Positions 46,814-56,659 of a stretch of 64,000 bases of DNA are shown here, in pieces; positions within the stretch are counted from its first letter, which is position 1; each line of letters starts with the position of its first letter. The notes beneath the pieces were generated by a model. The model was given only the letters and a program-made list of their open reading frames with translations. It did not search any database and was not told the DNA's origin. Where the stretch lies: the NCBI GenBank assembly GCA_048938895.1, contig JBHLLU010000012.1, positions 27,576 to 91,575 on the forward strand. The letters run 5' to 3'. The DNA is from Promethearchaeota archaeon. GTDB taxonomy: Archaea > Asgardarchaeota > Lokiarchaeia > Sigyniarchaeales > SOKP01. A program made the position numbers and the translations under genes.

Positions 46814-47599
46814 TCAATTAGACCTTTTTTCAATAGGACGGCCAGGACTGCCTTGATAATAAAATTCTCCCGGCTTTCCTCTCCAATTCTTATGTAATAC
46901 AGTGTTCGGATAAATAACATTGTTTTCTTCAGTTATCGCATTAGGTCCTACTATATCACCTGGATAAATCGTAGTATTTTTTCCCAATTTGATTTCTAAC
47001 ATAGAAATTTTTCCGAAAATTGTATTTACTGCATGACTTGATAATCCACTTGATGGATAGATAAATATGTTATCATCAATATTTGTAAACTCCAATCCCA
47101 CATAAGCATCACAATATATAACATTGTTTCCAATTTTGTTATGGCTTATTCTTCTTAATGTTCTGTTAACAAGCCAGGGAAATGGAGATTTTGAAGTCAA
47201 CCACACAGGATATTTAATAATAAAACCTCGTTTATGGTAGAATTTTATTAATTTACCTTCAGGACTGTTAATATCATCAAGAACTCTTGCAAAAACTCCC
47301 TGCTGTGGTGGAGACTTTTTATTCCAACTCCGAGTCCATAAAGCACTGAATTCGATTAAAATAATTAAATAGATATAATATAATATAAAAATAATTCCTG
47401 GGATAAGTAGAAAGTGGATTAGAGGATGGATTGAAAGTAAATTAATAAAATAATATTCAAATAGCAGAAAAAGTCCTAAACAAACATATAGAGGTATGAG
47501 AAAGGTAATGAAATTAATTTTAAAGAAGTCAAAAGCTGGAAGTTCTACGGTTTTTTCCTCTTTTTCATTAGAAAGAGAAGAATTTTTGCTTTCTTTCAT
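46814..47599 (-). CDS. Membrane-bound hexapeptide-repeat (left-handed beta-helix) acyltransferase-like protein
   Basis: Two N-terminal TM helices; KIGNNV, IDDNIFI, LGKNTTI, VGPNA repeats; terminal G.PG. Confidence 0.65.
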   Translation of the reverse strand: MKESKNSSLSNEKEEKTVELPAFDFFKINFITFLIPLYVCLGLFLLFEYYFINLLSIHPLIHFLLIPGIIFILYYIYLIILIEFSALWTRSWNKKSPPQQGVFARVLDDINSPEGKLIKFYHKRGFIIKYPVWLTSKSPFPWLVNRTLRRISHNKIGNNVIYCDAYVGLEFTNIDDNIFIYPSSGLSSHAVNTIFGKISMLEIKLGKNTTIYPGDIVGPNAITEENNVIYPNTVLHKNWRGKPGEFYYQGSPGRPIEKRSN

Positions 47600-47664
47600 T
47601 AAATGATAATTAGCAATAAGTTTTAAAAAAAGATTTCGATACTAAAAATATTTCAAAAATCTTG

Positions 47665-48942
47665 TTATTGAATGATTTTTTCCATTTCTTCAAATTGTTT
47701 CTTTTGCATCAATGGAACAACCTTTTTAAATATCATAACAAAAGCCCCTAATGCGAGGATTGCCATCATATACCCATAAAAAAAAGGATCTAAGTTTTCT
47801 AAAAAATATGATCCAAGTAAAGGGCCAATTATTTGAGCAGTACTATCTAAGGTGGTAGTATAACCATTAATTCTTCCCACCTCTTTTGGAGTTACACTTT
47901 GAGTTACATCACTTATTAATAGCCCTCTCGAGCAAGACACCCCATAACTAGCAACTACCATAAGTATTATAAAAACCCAAATTTCTGGATAAAAAGACCC
48001 AAATATACCAATAAAATAAAATGTAAATACTAGTATAATTAAACCTGCAAATTTCATCCTCTTCTCTCCAAGTTTTCGCATGGTTGGTTTAAACAAGCTA
48101 AATCTTACCACTGCTCGTGATATTCCTGATACTGTTAGTAATAGACTTACTCCTATAGTATCACGTCCTAATATTAGTCCGATAAAAAGAGCAAGTGTTG
48201 AAACATACATTATAAAAGAGAATGTATGAAGAGCATATTGAGTTAATAAATATAATGCATCCTTGTTTTTCCAAAGATTAATCTTTATTTTGATATGTTT
48301 TTCTGCTAATTCTCTTTTAGATTTTGGCCAAGATTCTTTTATGAAAAAAAATGTAGTTAATATTGTTAAAAATGAAAATCCTGCTGCTACTAATCCAGAA
48401 AGTGCCATAGGGAAATCTGGACCGAATACTGGAAAAACAGACAGAAAACCACCTAATCCAGGGGCAACGAGTCCTGCTATGGTCATCACTACACCAACAT
48501 TTGTCATTTGGAGGCCTCTATCCTTTGGTGGAACTCTATCTGTGATGATTGCTCTTGTAAGAGGAAAATTACCCCCAAAAATACCATCCACGATTCGAGC
48601 AATGAAAAACATTTGAAGTGAATTTGAAAAAGCAAGAATCAAAAATGCAGAACATGTCCCAGCTTCAGCTAATAGTAGCATTGGTTTTCTTCCATATTTA
48701 TCACTTAATTTTCCCCACATAGGTGCAGAAAAAAGTGAAAATATTGCATTAGTTGCTAGTAGTAAACCTATCATAAAAGCAGTCGTATCAAAAAACTGAA
48801 TTAAGGCTGGTAGATAAGGTATAATTATATAAAATCCTAAGACGTCAATGAGCATGCCAATCCATAAAGGACTTAATTCAGGATATTTTGTTTTTCTAGG
48901 TTTTATTTGTTTATGGGATTGATTAGTTGGTTTTTGAGTCAT
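47665..48942 (-). CDS. MFS transporter (TetA/DHA1-like)
   Basis: Motif A GKLSDKYGRKP; ARIVDGIFGG; 12 TM segments. Confidence 0.95.
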   Translation of the reverse strand: MTQKPTNQSHKQIKPRKTKYPELSPLWIGMLIDVLGFYIIIPYLPALIQFFDTTAFMIGLLLATNAIFSLFSAPMWGKLSDKYGRKPMLLLAEAGTCSAFLILAFSNSLQMFFIARIVDGIFGGNFPLTRAIITDRVPPKDRGLQMTNVGVVMTIAGLVAPGLGGFLSVFPVFGPDFPMALSGLVAAGFSFLTILTTFFFIKESWPKSKRELAEKHIKIKINLWKNKDALYLLTQYALHTFSFIMYVSTLALFIGLILGRDTIGVSLLLTVSGISRAVVRFSLFKPTMRKLGEKRMKFAGLIILVFTFYFIGIFGSFYPEIWVFIILMVVASYGVSCSRGLLISDVTQSVTPKEVGRINGYTTTLDSTAQIIGPLLGSYFLENLDPFFYGYMMAILALGAFVMIFKKVVPLMQKKQFEEMEKIIQ

Positions 48943-49068
48943 GATCTGAGAAAAAGAATCCTAATAAATTAGATTGGAAAATTTAATATCACTTTTAAAA
49001 TTTCTAATTATATAATATTGTATAATTCTATATGCTTTTAATTAAAAAAATTAGGAGTTGATTAGAAG

Positions 49069-49905
49069 TTACTTTTTCAAGAATTCTATTATCATTTGAT
49101 TTATTTCTGGAGCCCGAGATAAGGGTGAATCATGTCCAGCTTTATCTATAATTTTTAACATACTATTTGGAATTTTTTCATGCATTTCTTCCATAACAGA
49201 CTGTGGCATAATTCTATCATGACTTGAGGTAATCAGCAAAGTCTCATTCTTGATCTCATGTAATCTTTCGAGTGTATGGTGTGTTGAGACAGCTCCTGCT
49301 TGAACAATTATATCTTTCTCAGTTGGTGGATCTGTAATCTTCTCTTTAATTAAATCATCGACAGACCACAACCCATACCATTTTTTTTGAGGACTAGCTT
49401 CCATTTGCTTACGAAACTTGATGTAGAATCCTGTTCGGGTTGACTGCCAGAAAGCTTTTACAGGGTCTTCATTAGTTAATTTCAAATTTTCCAATCTCAT
49501 GTTTTTATATGCCTCAGCTCCAGATTCATCAGGTGTACCATAATTAGTGTTAATTAAAACCATTTTATTAACACGCTGAGGGTATTTTAATATAAAATTT
49601 TGTACAATCATACCTCCCAAACTCCAACCAATAATATTAGTTTTCTCGATTTCTAGGAAATCCAATAACACATTTATATCGTCGGCAAAAATCTCCATTG
49701 TGTAAGGATCATCTGGTCTATCGGATTTCCCTGCACCTCTGTTATCAAATCTTATTACTTTGAAATGTTTCGCTAAAGGCTCGGTCTGTGCTATCCATGA
49801 TTCCTTCTTTGATCCAAAACCATGAACTAAAAAAACAGGATCTCCGTCTCCAAAAATTTCATAACATATATTAATGCCATTTACAAGAGCGAATTTTGGT
49901 TCCAT
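49069..49905 (-). CDS. Alpha/beta hydrolase (paralog 3)
   Basis: HGF, DNRGAGKS, GWSLGG, D, AGH. Confidence 0.93.
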   Translation of the reverse strand: MEPKFALVNGINICYEIFGDGDPVFLVHGFGSKKESWIAQTEPLAKHFKVIRFDNRGAGKSDRPDDPYTMEIFADDINVLLDFLEIEKTNIIGWSLGGMIVQNFILKYPQRVNKMVLINTNYGTPDESGAEAYKNMRLENLKLTNEDPVKAFWQSTRTGFYIKFRKQMEASPQKKWYGLWSVDDLIKEKITDPPTEKDIIVQAGAVSTHHTLERLHEIKNETLLITSSHDRIMPQSVMEEMHEKIPNSMLKIIDKAGHDSPLSRAPEINQMIIEFLKK

Positions 49906-49981
49906 TTTTATTCAATTTAGAATTAGTTTATAATTTCATATAGATATTTTTACTAATAGTTTAGCAATTATTAATTTTGTT

Positions 49982-50824
49982 TTAATCCTTTTTCAAAAAA
50001 TCAATAATAGCTTCATTTACCTCTGGTGCATTAGATTTGTGGGATTCATGCCCTGCTTTTTCTATTACCTCTAATGTACTATTTGGAATCATATTGTGAA
50101 GCTCCATCATTCTTTCTTTAGGAACAAGTACATCATGAGAGGCAGCAAGCAAGAGGGTCTTCTGACTGATATATTGTAGTTTATTAAAAGCATTGTGGGT
50201 GTTAAACGAGTATGATATATTTCGAATATCTTGTGGAGTTGGTGGATCCGAAGTATAATAGTTGATAAGATCTTCTGCAGACCATAATCCATAAAATTTC
50301 TCTCTTGGATTATTCATCATCTTTTTACGAAATTCGTGATAAAATCCCATTTTTGTACTATCCCAAAATGCTTTAATGGGATCTACTTTTCTAAGTTCCA
50401 ATCCCTTTATTCTCATCTGAATGTACGGTTCAGGATTATAATCCTTAGGGATTCTTGGTAAAGGTGAATTTATTAGGACAAGTTTATTTACAATCTCAGG
50501 ATATTTAACTATAACATTTTGAGCAATCATTCCTCCAAAAGAGTGTGCAATTAAATTAACTTTTTCAATGCCCAAGAATTCAATCAAACCCTTAATATCT
50601 TCAACAAACATATCCATAGAATAATGATAGTTGGGTCTTGAACTCTTCCCAGCACCCCTCATGTCCATCGCGATGACTTTGAAATGTTTAGATAATTCAG
50701 GGATTTGTCCCATGAAGGATTCTTTCTTGGAGCCAAAACCATGAAGAAGAAGCAATGGATATCCTTCACCGTGAACACTATAACAGATCTTTATCCCATT
50801 AACATCAGCAAAAGCTTCTACCAT
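49982..50824 (-). CDS. Alpha/beta hydrolase (paralog 2)
   Basis: HGF, DMRGAGKS, AHSFGG, D, AGH. Confidence 0.93.
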   Translation of the reverse strand: MVEAFADVNGIKICYSVHGEGYPLLLLHGFGSKKESFMGQIPELSKHFKVIAMDMRGAGKSSRPNYHYSMDMFVEDIKGLIEFLGIEKVNLIAHSFGGMIAQNVIVKYPEIVNKLVLINSPLPRIPKDYNPEPYIQMRIKGLELRKVDPIKAFWDSTKMGFYHEFRKKMMNNPREKFYGLWSAEDLINYYTSDPPTPQDIRNISYSFNTHNAFNKLQYISQKTLLLAASHDVLVPKERMMELHNMIPNSTLEVIEKAGHESHKSNAPEVNEAIIDFLKKD

Positions 50825-50841
50825 AATTAATATTAAGTATC

Positions 50842-51675
50842 TTAGTTTTTAAGAAAATCGATAATTATTTGATTGACTTCAGGTGCGTTTTCTAATGGAA
50901 AATAATGGCCTCCAGAAACAATTCTTAATTCACTATTAGGTAACTTTTCATGAACCTGTTCATTTGATATTCTCGGTGTTAATCTATCTTTTTCTCCAGC
51001 AATTATTAATGTTTTATGCTTAATTTTGGGAAGAACATCAAATGTATTATGATCTGCTAATGCAATTGAATGATTCACAATATCTTGTGGTGTCCAAGGG
51101 TTTTCATTTTCACTTGCAATGAGATCTTCAGCAGAAAAGATTCCATGGAACTTTTGTTTTGGATTAGCTTTCATCATTTTGAGAAATTCACGAGTAAATC
51201 TTACTTTCATTTTAGTATAAAAACCTGCTATAGGATCTGCTAATCTTGCTTCATAGAGTGCCATTTGGTTATTCTTAAAAATATCTACTCCTTTTTTATC
51301 AGGTAATCCTGGGCTAGTGCAGAGAAGAATCAATTTATTTACTATCTCTGGATATTTTAGAGTAAAGTTTTGGGCAATAAAGCTTCCAAGTGAATGACCA
51401 ATTAAATGAGTATTTTGAATATCAAGGAAATCTAACAATCCTTTTAAATCTTCTACTAACACATCAATTGTATAGGGCATATCTGGACGATCTGAACAAC
51501 CAACGCCTCTATTATCAAACCAAACTACTTTAAATTGTTTAGATAAAGCATCTATTTGTCCTATCCAAAATTCTTTTTTAGCAAAACCATGAATCAGAAC
51601 TACGGGATATCCATCTCCTTTTGACTTATAACAGAGTTTTACACCTTCAACATCTGCATATGAGATTTCGCTCAT
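50842..51675 (-). CDS. Alpha/beta hydrolase (paralog 1)
   Basis: HGF, DNRGVGCS, GHSLGS, GEKD, GGH. Confidence 0.93.
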   Translation of the reverse strand: MSEISYADVEGVKLCYKSKGDGYPVVLIHGFAKKEFWIGQIDALSKQFKVVWFDNRGVGCSDRPDMPYTIDVLVEDLKGLLDFLDIQNTHLIGHSLGSFIAQNFTLKYPEIVNKLILLCTSPGLPDKKGVDIFKNNQMALYEARLADPIAGFYTKMKVRFTREFLKMMKANPKQKFHGIFSAEDLIASENENPWTPQDIVNHSIALADHNTFDVLPKIKHKTLIIAGEKDRLTPRISNEQVHEKLPNSELRIVSGGHYFPLENAPEVNQIIIDFLKN

Positions 51676-51728
51676 ATGACTATATTATCACATAAAAGAA
51701 TATAATTTTAATGTTCTAAAAAGAAGAA

Positions 51729-54062
51729 TTAGTTGAATTTTTTAGAAATTTTTGGCTTCTTAAGGCCAAGAAATTTAAAATTCTCTAGTAATTTTGTACA
51801 TTCCGTTGTGTTAATTATATTCTCAGATTTATTTTTAAGTAAATCTTCTGCAATTAACCTTCCATAGTAATTATTGTTTAAATCTCTAATGTCAAATTGA
51901 TTGTCATCAATTTTTATAATTCTAATACCTTCAAGTTGATTTTTTAATTCCAAAATTACTTTAGCGGTAAATTTTTTGAATGTGGGAAATTTTTTTAAAA
52001 TTTTTATATTGATATTTTCAAATTCTTTATTCTTTATTGTTTCAGTTAGCTTTTTTGACACGAATTTTTTTAAGTCTAATTTTAACTCTTGAAGTGACTC
52101 TCGTTTGAGATTATTATCTCTGAATTTATTCATTTCTGAAGGATTGTGAAAAAATTTTGAATAACGAGTAAATCCTATCATTCTCAGAACTTTCTCCTTG
52201 TAATCTGATGATTGTATAACTTTTAAATATGTATTATTAAGTTCAGCTAGAACTTTTTGTCGTATGAAAGAGTTGAAATGTTTTAATGCCCTATCTTTTT
52301 TTGGTAAAAAACTTGTTTTAAAAATTTGATCTATTTTATTATAAGCATCAAAGTCGTCAATCACATAATCTCTTAAATCTCTAATAAGATTTAGTGGTAA
52401 ATATGATGAAATAAAATTAATTCCTTTCCAAACTAGTTCTATTGCTGTTGCAATATTTATTCGTCTGATTGGTCTAAAGATTTTTACTCCATTTCCTCTT
52501 ATTATAATGGGCTTTTCATCACATAAAATTAAATCAAATGGCTGAATCTCATGAGTTAAGGGATGATTTTTGTCTGGTATTAAAAATCCATCTTTAAATT
52601 GACATATATAACTTCCTAAAATGGGTTTTTGAGCCAAATCCCATTCAATTAATAAATAATTTTTAAATTCTTCAAAATTTACTTTAAAATTTAGCTCTGT
52701 TATTCTTTCATTTTGTACCGTATTAAATATTGTAGGTTCATTGATACCCCAGAAGTCTTCTACACCATAACGAATAGGATTATTTCCGTTAAAAATTGTT
52801 TTAAAAACAGGATAATTCTCAATAAAATCTTGCTTATTAATATATTCCAGGTGATGTCGTTCGAATCCACATTTTTCTAATATATAATAATGAAGTGGTG
52901 CTTCATTTAAATAAGCCTGAGTCCAAATTAAAGAAGGGTAATTATATTTCTCTGTAAATTTCATTTCTCTTAATTTATCTGTGTTCGTATTAGCTATCAC
53001 TAAAGATCTTAGATAAGCATGTTTAATCTTTAGAGCTTCAATGTACATTTTCTTTAACTTCTTTCTATAATCTTGGAGTTGAGATAAAATAGTATTATAA
53101 TTACTAAAATCACATTCTCGAGAAATTGTAGCAAAAATGTTAACTTCTTCCTCTGGTTCTATGTTTAATATGGCTTCATTCATAAGATTTATAATTCTTT
53201 CTTCAAAAAAATTCTTAATTGTCACATTAGGGTTTTTAACAACTCCTTTAAAATAATCTTCTAAATAGTATGAGGGATCCAATTTATATAATAGAAGATA
53301 TTTTAAAATAGGGGTTCCCAATTTTTCTATTTCTAATTGTTTCAATGTTTCAATTACTAGATTTTTGGAAAACTTATTCATTAATTTTTGAATATTAACT
53401 AATATCTCTACTTTTTTAGAAAAACTAAATTGAGATATTTTAGAAATAGTAGAATTGATAATTTGTGGATAATTATCTTTATAAATCTCAAACAGTTTTG
53501 GAAAATCAACAGAAAATTTTATGAATTGATCATGTATATCATGATTTAATGCAATTTCTGAGGCTTTTTTGATATCATCAAAATTCTTAGATTCTGAATA
53601 TGCTCGTTCTAAAAAAGCTATTGCTTCATAATATTTCGAATTTTGAATTAATTCCTCTGCCTTTATAATAAAACTTTTTGTTTTACTTTCTTTCACAAGA
53701 CTGAAATTTGAGGAAAAAGTTAAGGTACTATAATTTTGACAAATTAATTTACATGTTTCCAGATCAATTAGAAATAATATCTTTACTATATGCTTACATA
53801 ACTTTGTACCCTTTTTAAAATCTGGACAATCATGAATTATTTTAAAACCATTATCATCTTCAAATATATTAATTACATATCTACTATTTCCTGAACCTTG
53901 AATTTCAGAAATAATTTTAATCTTAGGTTTTTTATCTATGTTAAAATTAATAATATTTCTATTAGGGATATTTTTTCCTCTATTATATCTAGCTCCCATT
54001 ACATACCTTCTAAAATATTCTCCATTCTTAGGGTTAATCGTTAAATCGAATATAAACACCAT
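51729..54062 (-). CDS. SWIM-type zinc finger protein with helical-repeat region
   Basis: IQGS..SRY.I...HDCPDF.....LCKHI (SWIM with His at the first ligand position), followed by TPR-like helices. Confidence 0.72.
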   Translation of the reverse strand: MVFIFDLTINPKNGEYFRRYVMGARYNRGKNIPNRNIINFNIDKKPKIKIISEIQGSGNSRYVINIFEDDNGFKIIHDCPDFKKGTKLCKHIVKILFLIDLETCKLICQNYSTLTFSSNFSLVKESKTKSFIIKAEELIQNSKYYEAIAFLERAYSESKNFDDIKKASEIALNHDIHDQFIKFSVDFPKLFEIYKDNYPQIINSTISKISQFSFSKKVEILVNIQKLMNKFSKNLVIETLKQLEIEKLGTPILKYLLLYKLDPSYYLEDYFKGVVKNPNVTIKNFFEERIINLMNEAILNIEPEEEVNIFATISRECDFSNYNTILSQLQDYRKKLKKMYIEALKIKHAYLRSLVIANTNTDKLREMKFTEKYNYPSLIWTQAYLNEAPLHYYILEKCGFERHHLEYINKQDFIENYPVFKTIFNGNNPIRYGVEDFWGINEPTIFNTVQNERITELNFKVNFEEFKNYLLIEWDLAQKPILGSYICQFKDGFLIPDKNHPLTHEIQPFDLILCDEKPIIIRGNGVKIFRPIRRINIATAIELVWKGINFISSYLPLNLIRDLRDYVIDDFDAYNKIDQIFKTSFLPKKDRALKHFNSFIRQKVLAELNNTYLKVIQSSDYKEKVLRMIGFTRYSKFFHNPSEMNKFRDNNLKRESLQELKLDLKKFVSKKLTETIKNKEFENINIKILKKFPTFKKFTAKVILELKNQLEGIRIIKIDDNQFDIRDLNNNYYGRLIAEDLLKNKSENIINTTECTKLLENFKFLGLKKPKISKKFN

Positions 54063-54080
54063 ATTCTTTTAATTTTAATA

Positions 54081-56636
54081 TTATTGGTTTGTAATAATAT
54101 CGGAAATTAATTTTGGAAAATCTCTCCATTGATTTAGGGTCAAAAGAACACCGTTCGCTTCATTTACCATTCTTTTTGCCATAACAGGGGAATAATTAAA
54201 TCTTGGAACAACCATAACAAATTTAACTCCTTTTTCACTTAGTTTCTTTAATTCTTTTAGACTATTATTATAATCATAAACATCAGCATCAGTAAATAGT
54301 ATGTTTAATTTATGCTTCGATCTAGCTTTCTTGGTAAATTGGTGATTTGCCCATTTAAGAGCAGAATTAATCCTAGTACCTCCTCTGGCGGTAATATCTA
54401 GAAGTTCATCGACTACTTTCTCCAATTCAATCTTTTCATCGAGATTTTTTACCTTATGAGTGTTAGATTCAAAAAATGTAAGAGCTAATTCTTCAGGTTT
54501 AAAAGCATATACTAGCATAGTTGCGCAAAGAGCCATTTGAGATAGTTTACTCCCTGTCATACTACCACTAATATCTAATTCTAGAACTAAACATCGTAGA
54601 CCTTGAGTAGTCTTTGAAACTAAAAAATCTTCATTTGAAATCAAATCTATATTTTTCCCTCCTACTAGTAAATTATCAATTGTCTCTTCTAAATCTATTA
54701 ATTCAAAATCATCACCTACCGTATAAGGAATTACGATATTTTCGACTATTGGACCTGAAGTTGCACTTCCCATAAGATTATTCGCAGATCGAATACCGAG
54801 ATCGATCATTATATGTTTAATAATCTCCTTTAACTTCTTTTTCACATTTGCTGAGATGTTATGTCGCGAAAAAAACCATTGCTCCAATAGATCTAAACCA
54901 TTTCCTGCGCCTAATGATGAAAATGCCTGATCTAGAGCTTTATGTCCCATTTTTTCAGCACAATTCAACACTTGGGTTAAATATTTTTCATTTAAAGCGC
55001 TGATTGCCTCCGTATTTGATGATTCTGGAGGAGAAACTCCCATCGCTATCTTTACTAGTTCATCAACTTGTTGAGGTGAAAGTTTTAATTTCTTTAAATA
55101 ATCTCTATACCCTTGATAAGTCCCTGTTCTTTCTTGTATCATTTTCTTGAGATATTTATAATTAACTTCAACTAAACTTAAGATCTCTTCCTCTGACATA
55201 TTTAATTTTTTTCCAGCACTTCTAATCGAATCTAGATTTGGGAGAAATCCTACTTCATTAAAATTCTTAACCAAAATTCTAAGATTTTCTTTGCTTGAAG
55301 CTGTTTCAGTTGTTTGGTTAACTATTTCTTGTACTTTGCTGTCTAATTGAGACTTACAAATAAGATCATTGCATTGTTCTCGCGAATTGATTAGATTATC
55401 AGTATAATTTTTCATCTGAGCATTTAAACAACCAGCATCATTATTTTCTTTTTTAATCCTTTGTACTTCATTATCGATCACTTTTGAGATTAACTTACGC
55501 CATTGTGGAATTTTTGTTGGGTGATTTATTAATTCTTTTCTTAAATCCTCCAGGTTATGGCAACCTAAATTTTCATTAATCTTTTCTAAATAGGTGTCAC
55601 ATATATCCCCGCCAAAGTATTGGTCATAATCTTTAGCACTTTGATAAGTATCACTGAAAGGTAGTTCAATACTATTTTTGACTAAATTACCAAGTTTTTC
55701 CTTCTCCAAATTTAGATTTGAACCCATGGTTTTTGATGCATTGAATAATTCATCTAAATTACTTTTTGAGCCTTCTAATGTCTGTTTTATGTGATTTTTC
55801 ATAATTTTATATCCATTGCCACTTAAAACTTTCCCTTTTAAAGCAAAATCTACCACATCTAGAGTTTCAAATAAATTTGTCTGAAACGTCTCTTCTAATA
55901 TTTTCTTGTCTATTTGTTTTTTTTTAGCTAATTGAGCTGTTAATTTCTCTCTCATGACACTCGATTTGGATATAATTTCTTCCAGCATCCCTAACTTTTG
56001 AGCAAATTTTATATCTTCTGGCTCTAGGTTGTTTATTTTCTTCCTCAAAAGGTTTTTTGCATGTTCTAGTAAAGATTTTAAATCAGTAAATCTATCAAAA
56101 TTAGTAATAGAATTTTTTTCAATAATATCTAGAGCAGTTTTATAAGGATCTTCTTCAAGTTCGTTTCTAAACCTTTCAAAAAAATCATTCAAGGAAGATT
56201 CTGAAATCAAATCAAAATTAAGGTCTCCTACCTCATCCAAATATTTTTTTAAAAATTCAAAATCATCATATATCTCATCTAAATCATCAAATTGTGTGCT
56301 AAGCTCATCTAATAAATCTTTAGCTTTACTATCATCAAAAATATTAGCCTCAGCTACTTTTCCTTGATTAATTAAATCAGATTGATCAGAATATGTTAAA
56401 AGTTCTTTAGCTATTCTACGCGCTAATTCTTGATTTTCTAGTGGTGAAGTTATTACTGCAATTTCTATAAAATCTTCTGTATCACATATCCCTCTATTTA
56501 AAAACCTCGATAATATCAATTTACATATTGCTATTGCCTGACGAATCGAAGGTTTATAAATGCATTTTTCATGATTTCTCATAGCTTTGATGAATTTAAG
56601 TGAAAACCAGATGGGGCTTTGTGGAAAAATAATCAT
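54081..56636 (-). CDS. vWA (MIDAS) domain protein, CoxE-like partner of MoxR ATPase
   Basis: IDLEETI, LDISGSM, GGTRI..AL, ILFTD at the C-terminus; long helical N-terminal region. Confidence 0.88.
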   Translation of the reverse strand: MIIFPQSPIWFSLKFIKAMRNHEKCIYKPSIRQAIAICKLILSRFLNRGICDTEDFIEIAVITSPLENQELARRIAKELLTYSDQSDLINQGKVAEANIFDDSKAKDLLDELSTQFDDLDEIYDDFEFLKKYLDEVGDLNFDLISESSLNDFFERFRNELEEDPYKTALDIIEKNSITNFDRFTDLKSLLEHAKNLLRKKINNLEPEDIKFAQKLGMLEEIISKSSVMREKLTAQLAKKKQIDKKILEETFQTNLFETLDVVDFALKGKVLSGNGYKIMKNHIKQTLEGSKSNLDELFNASKTMGSNLNLEKEKLGNLVKNSIELPFSDTYQSAKDYDQYFGGDICDTYLEKINENLGCHNLEDLRKELINHPTKIPQWRKLISKVIDNEVQRIKKENNDAGCLNAQMKNYTDNLINSREQCNDLICKSQLDSKVQEIVNQTTETASSKENLRILVKNFNEVGFLPNLDSIRSAGKKLNMSEEEILSLVEVNYKYLKKMIQERTGTYQGYRDYLKKLKLSPQQVDELVKIAMGVSPPESSNTEAISALNEKYLTQVLNCAEKMGHKALDQAFSSLGAGNGLDLLEQWFFSRHNISANVKKKLKEIIKHIMIDLGIRSANNLMGSATSGPIVENIVIPYTVGDDFELIDLEETIDNLLVGGKNIDLISNEDFLVSKTTQGLRCLVLELDISGSMTGSKLSQMALCATMLVYAFKPEELALTFFESNTHKVKNLDEKIELEKVVDELLDITARGGTRINSALKWANHQFTKKARSKHKLNILFTDADVYDYNNSLKELKKLSEKGVKFVMVVPRFNYSPVMAKRMVNEANGVLLTLNQWRDFPKLISDIITNQ

Positions 56637-56659
56637 TAAGATATCATCCCATTAATTTA

